A stretch of 63,981 nt of DNA, counting the filler, from Trypethelium eluteriae (taxonomy: Eukaryota): assembly GCA_051942245.1 (NCBI GenBank). It is 3 parts of 3 records of this genome, joined end to end, with 100 filler letters (N's around TTAATTAATTAA, not from the genome) between each part and the next. Parts side by side here need not be neighbours in the genome. Positions count along the whole stretch, not along the records: positions 44,009 to 63,981 come from JAVECL010000506.1; 2 more parts are not named here. The stretch is one strand, 5' to 3'. Positions 62,666 to 63,981 of the stretch are shown here, one piece after another. The translations under genes and the position numbers were made by a program. Positions within the stretch are counted from its first letter, which is position 1, and each line of letters begins with the position of its first letter. Below the pieces are notes generated by a model that worked only from the letters and a program-made list of their open reading frames with translations, had not been told where the DNA came from and did not search any database.

Positions 62666-63080
62666 TTATTTTGTCTGGCAGCCCGCTTGACTCGCTCAGT
62701 GGAGTTGACGACATTTCAATTCTTAATGGATTTCTGATTTCTCACAACATTTTTTGATGGATATATGGCATTTGCATGGCGGCAAATAATCAAGCATATT
62801 GCATCTCCGTCTATGGACATTGCATGGAAAATGGCGGATTAGGATTCTTCATACCCTAAAGTCTAATGTGAAGACTTAGATTGGGCAGAAAGCGAGCAAT
62901 CTCGCAATTCTTTGGATAGTGTCCAATGCAACTCATGCAAATTTGCGAGTGCTTTCCCTCTAAGTTCCTCTAATTCTAATTGTGGGATCGATCCTCTACG
63001 CCTCCTATCTAGGAGGGTTTCTTCAGCTTATCGGAGCAAAAAGTGACGAGGCTTCCATTGAAGACAGTGCATCGCATGCT

Positions 63081-63981
63081 TCATGAGGTTGGCTCCTCTC
63101 CTAGTCCAAAAATTCGTATTGAGTTGTTCCAGGCACTGTGTCCACCATCAGCTTGTACTCGCTCGGTCTCACTCCGAGAAGGGAATGGAAATCGCACTTA
63201 CGCCTCGCAGACCTCCTCCACACCAACCCCCTTAATCTTCGCCACCGCCCACGCAACCTGCGTAATCGCACACGGCTCATTCCTTCCCTTCACCATCCAC
63301 TCCTTCGTCCACTTTTCCTTCTTCACCGCCTTCGGCAACGGTGGCGCGTCTTTCAGGAACGCCGCGCTCGCATGACTTGGCCGCATCTCGCACCACGGCC
63401 CGTCCGTCTCAATCTGCAGCCGCTCCAACGGCACCTCCCGCACCACCGCCACGTTCTCCTCCGTCTTCATGCTGCACCCATTCACCCCGACGTCGAACCC
63501 CATCGCCACCACTCGCTGCATCTCCTCGAGCGTGCCCGTGAACGAATGCACAAGCCCACGCCTCCGCCGTAGCTTCGCCCACCTGCCCATTGCTCCTCCT
63601 GCTCCTGCTCCCCCTCCTCCTCCTGCATTTCCTTCTCCTCCGTCTTCATGCGCATCACCTTTCCGCAGAATCCGCTCAAAATCCTCCATCGCCGCGCGCA
63701 TATGCAGGAACAGCGGAAGGTCCAGCTCCGCCGCGAGATCCAGCTGCTGGTCAAAGACCTGCAGTTGCGTCTCCTTGGGACAGAGCGATAGCCGATCATA
63801 ATCCAGCCCGATCTCGCCGAAGGCGACGGCGTGTCCGGCGGATCGCGAGGACTCGGCGAGCTGGCGGAGGGAGGACAGGTAGGCGGCGCTGCCGCCGGAG
63901 GGGTGCGAGGCGAGTTGCGAGGCGGAGCAGGGGTGGACGCCGATGGTGGCGTAGCAGAGGCCAGCTGGATGTGCGGCTCAA
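63081..63981 (-). CDS. TatD-family DNase, 5' end beyond the window
   Basis: YATIGVHP, AFGEIGLDYDR, PLFLHMRAA, VHSFTG, IETDGPWC, KGRNEP; last exon AWNNSIRIFGLGEEPTS*. Confidence 0.92.

Noticed and set aside
1..63981. CRISPR arrays, rRNA, tRNA, intact transposons or a secondary-metabolite cluster
   Set aside because: The sequence is eukaryotic, and by eye there is no repeat-spacer array, cloverleaf, transposase/RT ORF or PKS/NRPS backbone gene.

Overview
Intron-rich DNA from a filamentous ascomycete (Pezizomycotina-type CTRAY branch points, ~50-70 nt introns), with two artificial 100-nt scaffold gaps carrying a TTAATTAATTAA linker. About 26 protein genes are recognisable: an alpha/beta-hydrolase-like protein, an SNF2 ATPase with PHD/Cys-rich tail, S28 peptidase, DJ-1/PfpI, REV7, importin-9, an MDR oxidoreductase, RAD18, GH54 arabinofuranosidase, a NACHT NLR, a HeLo-like/G-alpha fusion, mitochondrial bL19, a nucleoside deaminase, a pepsin-fold protein, TAF11, DUF3984, a Tag1-like protein, ornithine carbamoyltransferase, ILV6, a KH protein, a 2EXR protein, an APH-like kinase, glutaminase GtaA and TatD. 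An SRP (7SL) RNA gene lies at ~17218-17468, outside any real ORF. The best novel candidate is an accessory block at ~26.8-36.2 kb. There an intact HeLo-like N-terminal domain is fused to a G-alpha whose GTP-binding motifs are all degenerate, and the gene sits 670 bp upstream of, and co-oriented with, a large NACHT/helical-repeat/ankyrin/ZZ NLR. This may be an NLR + effector/decoy immune pair, and a small single-TM ORF lies nearby. Family names come from motif recognition by eye, not from database searches.
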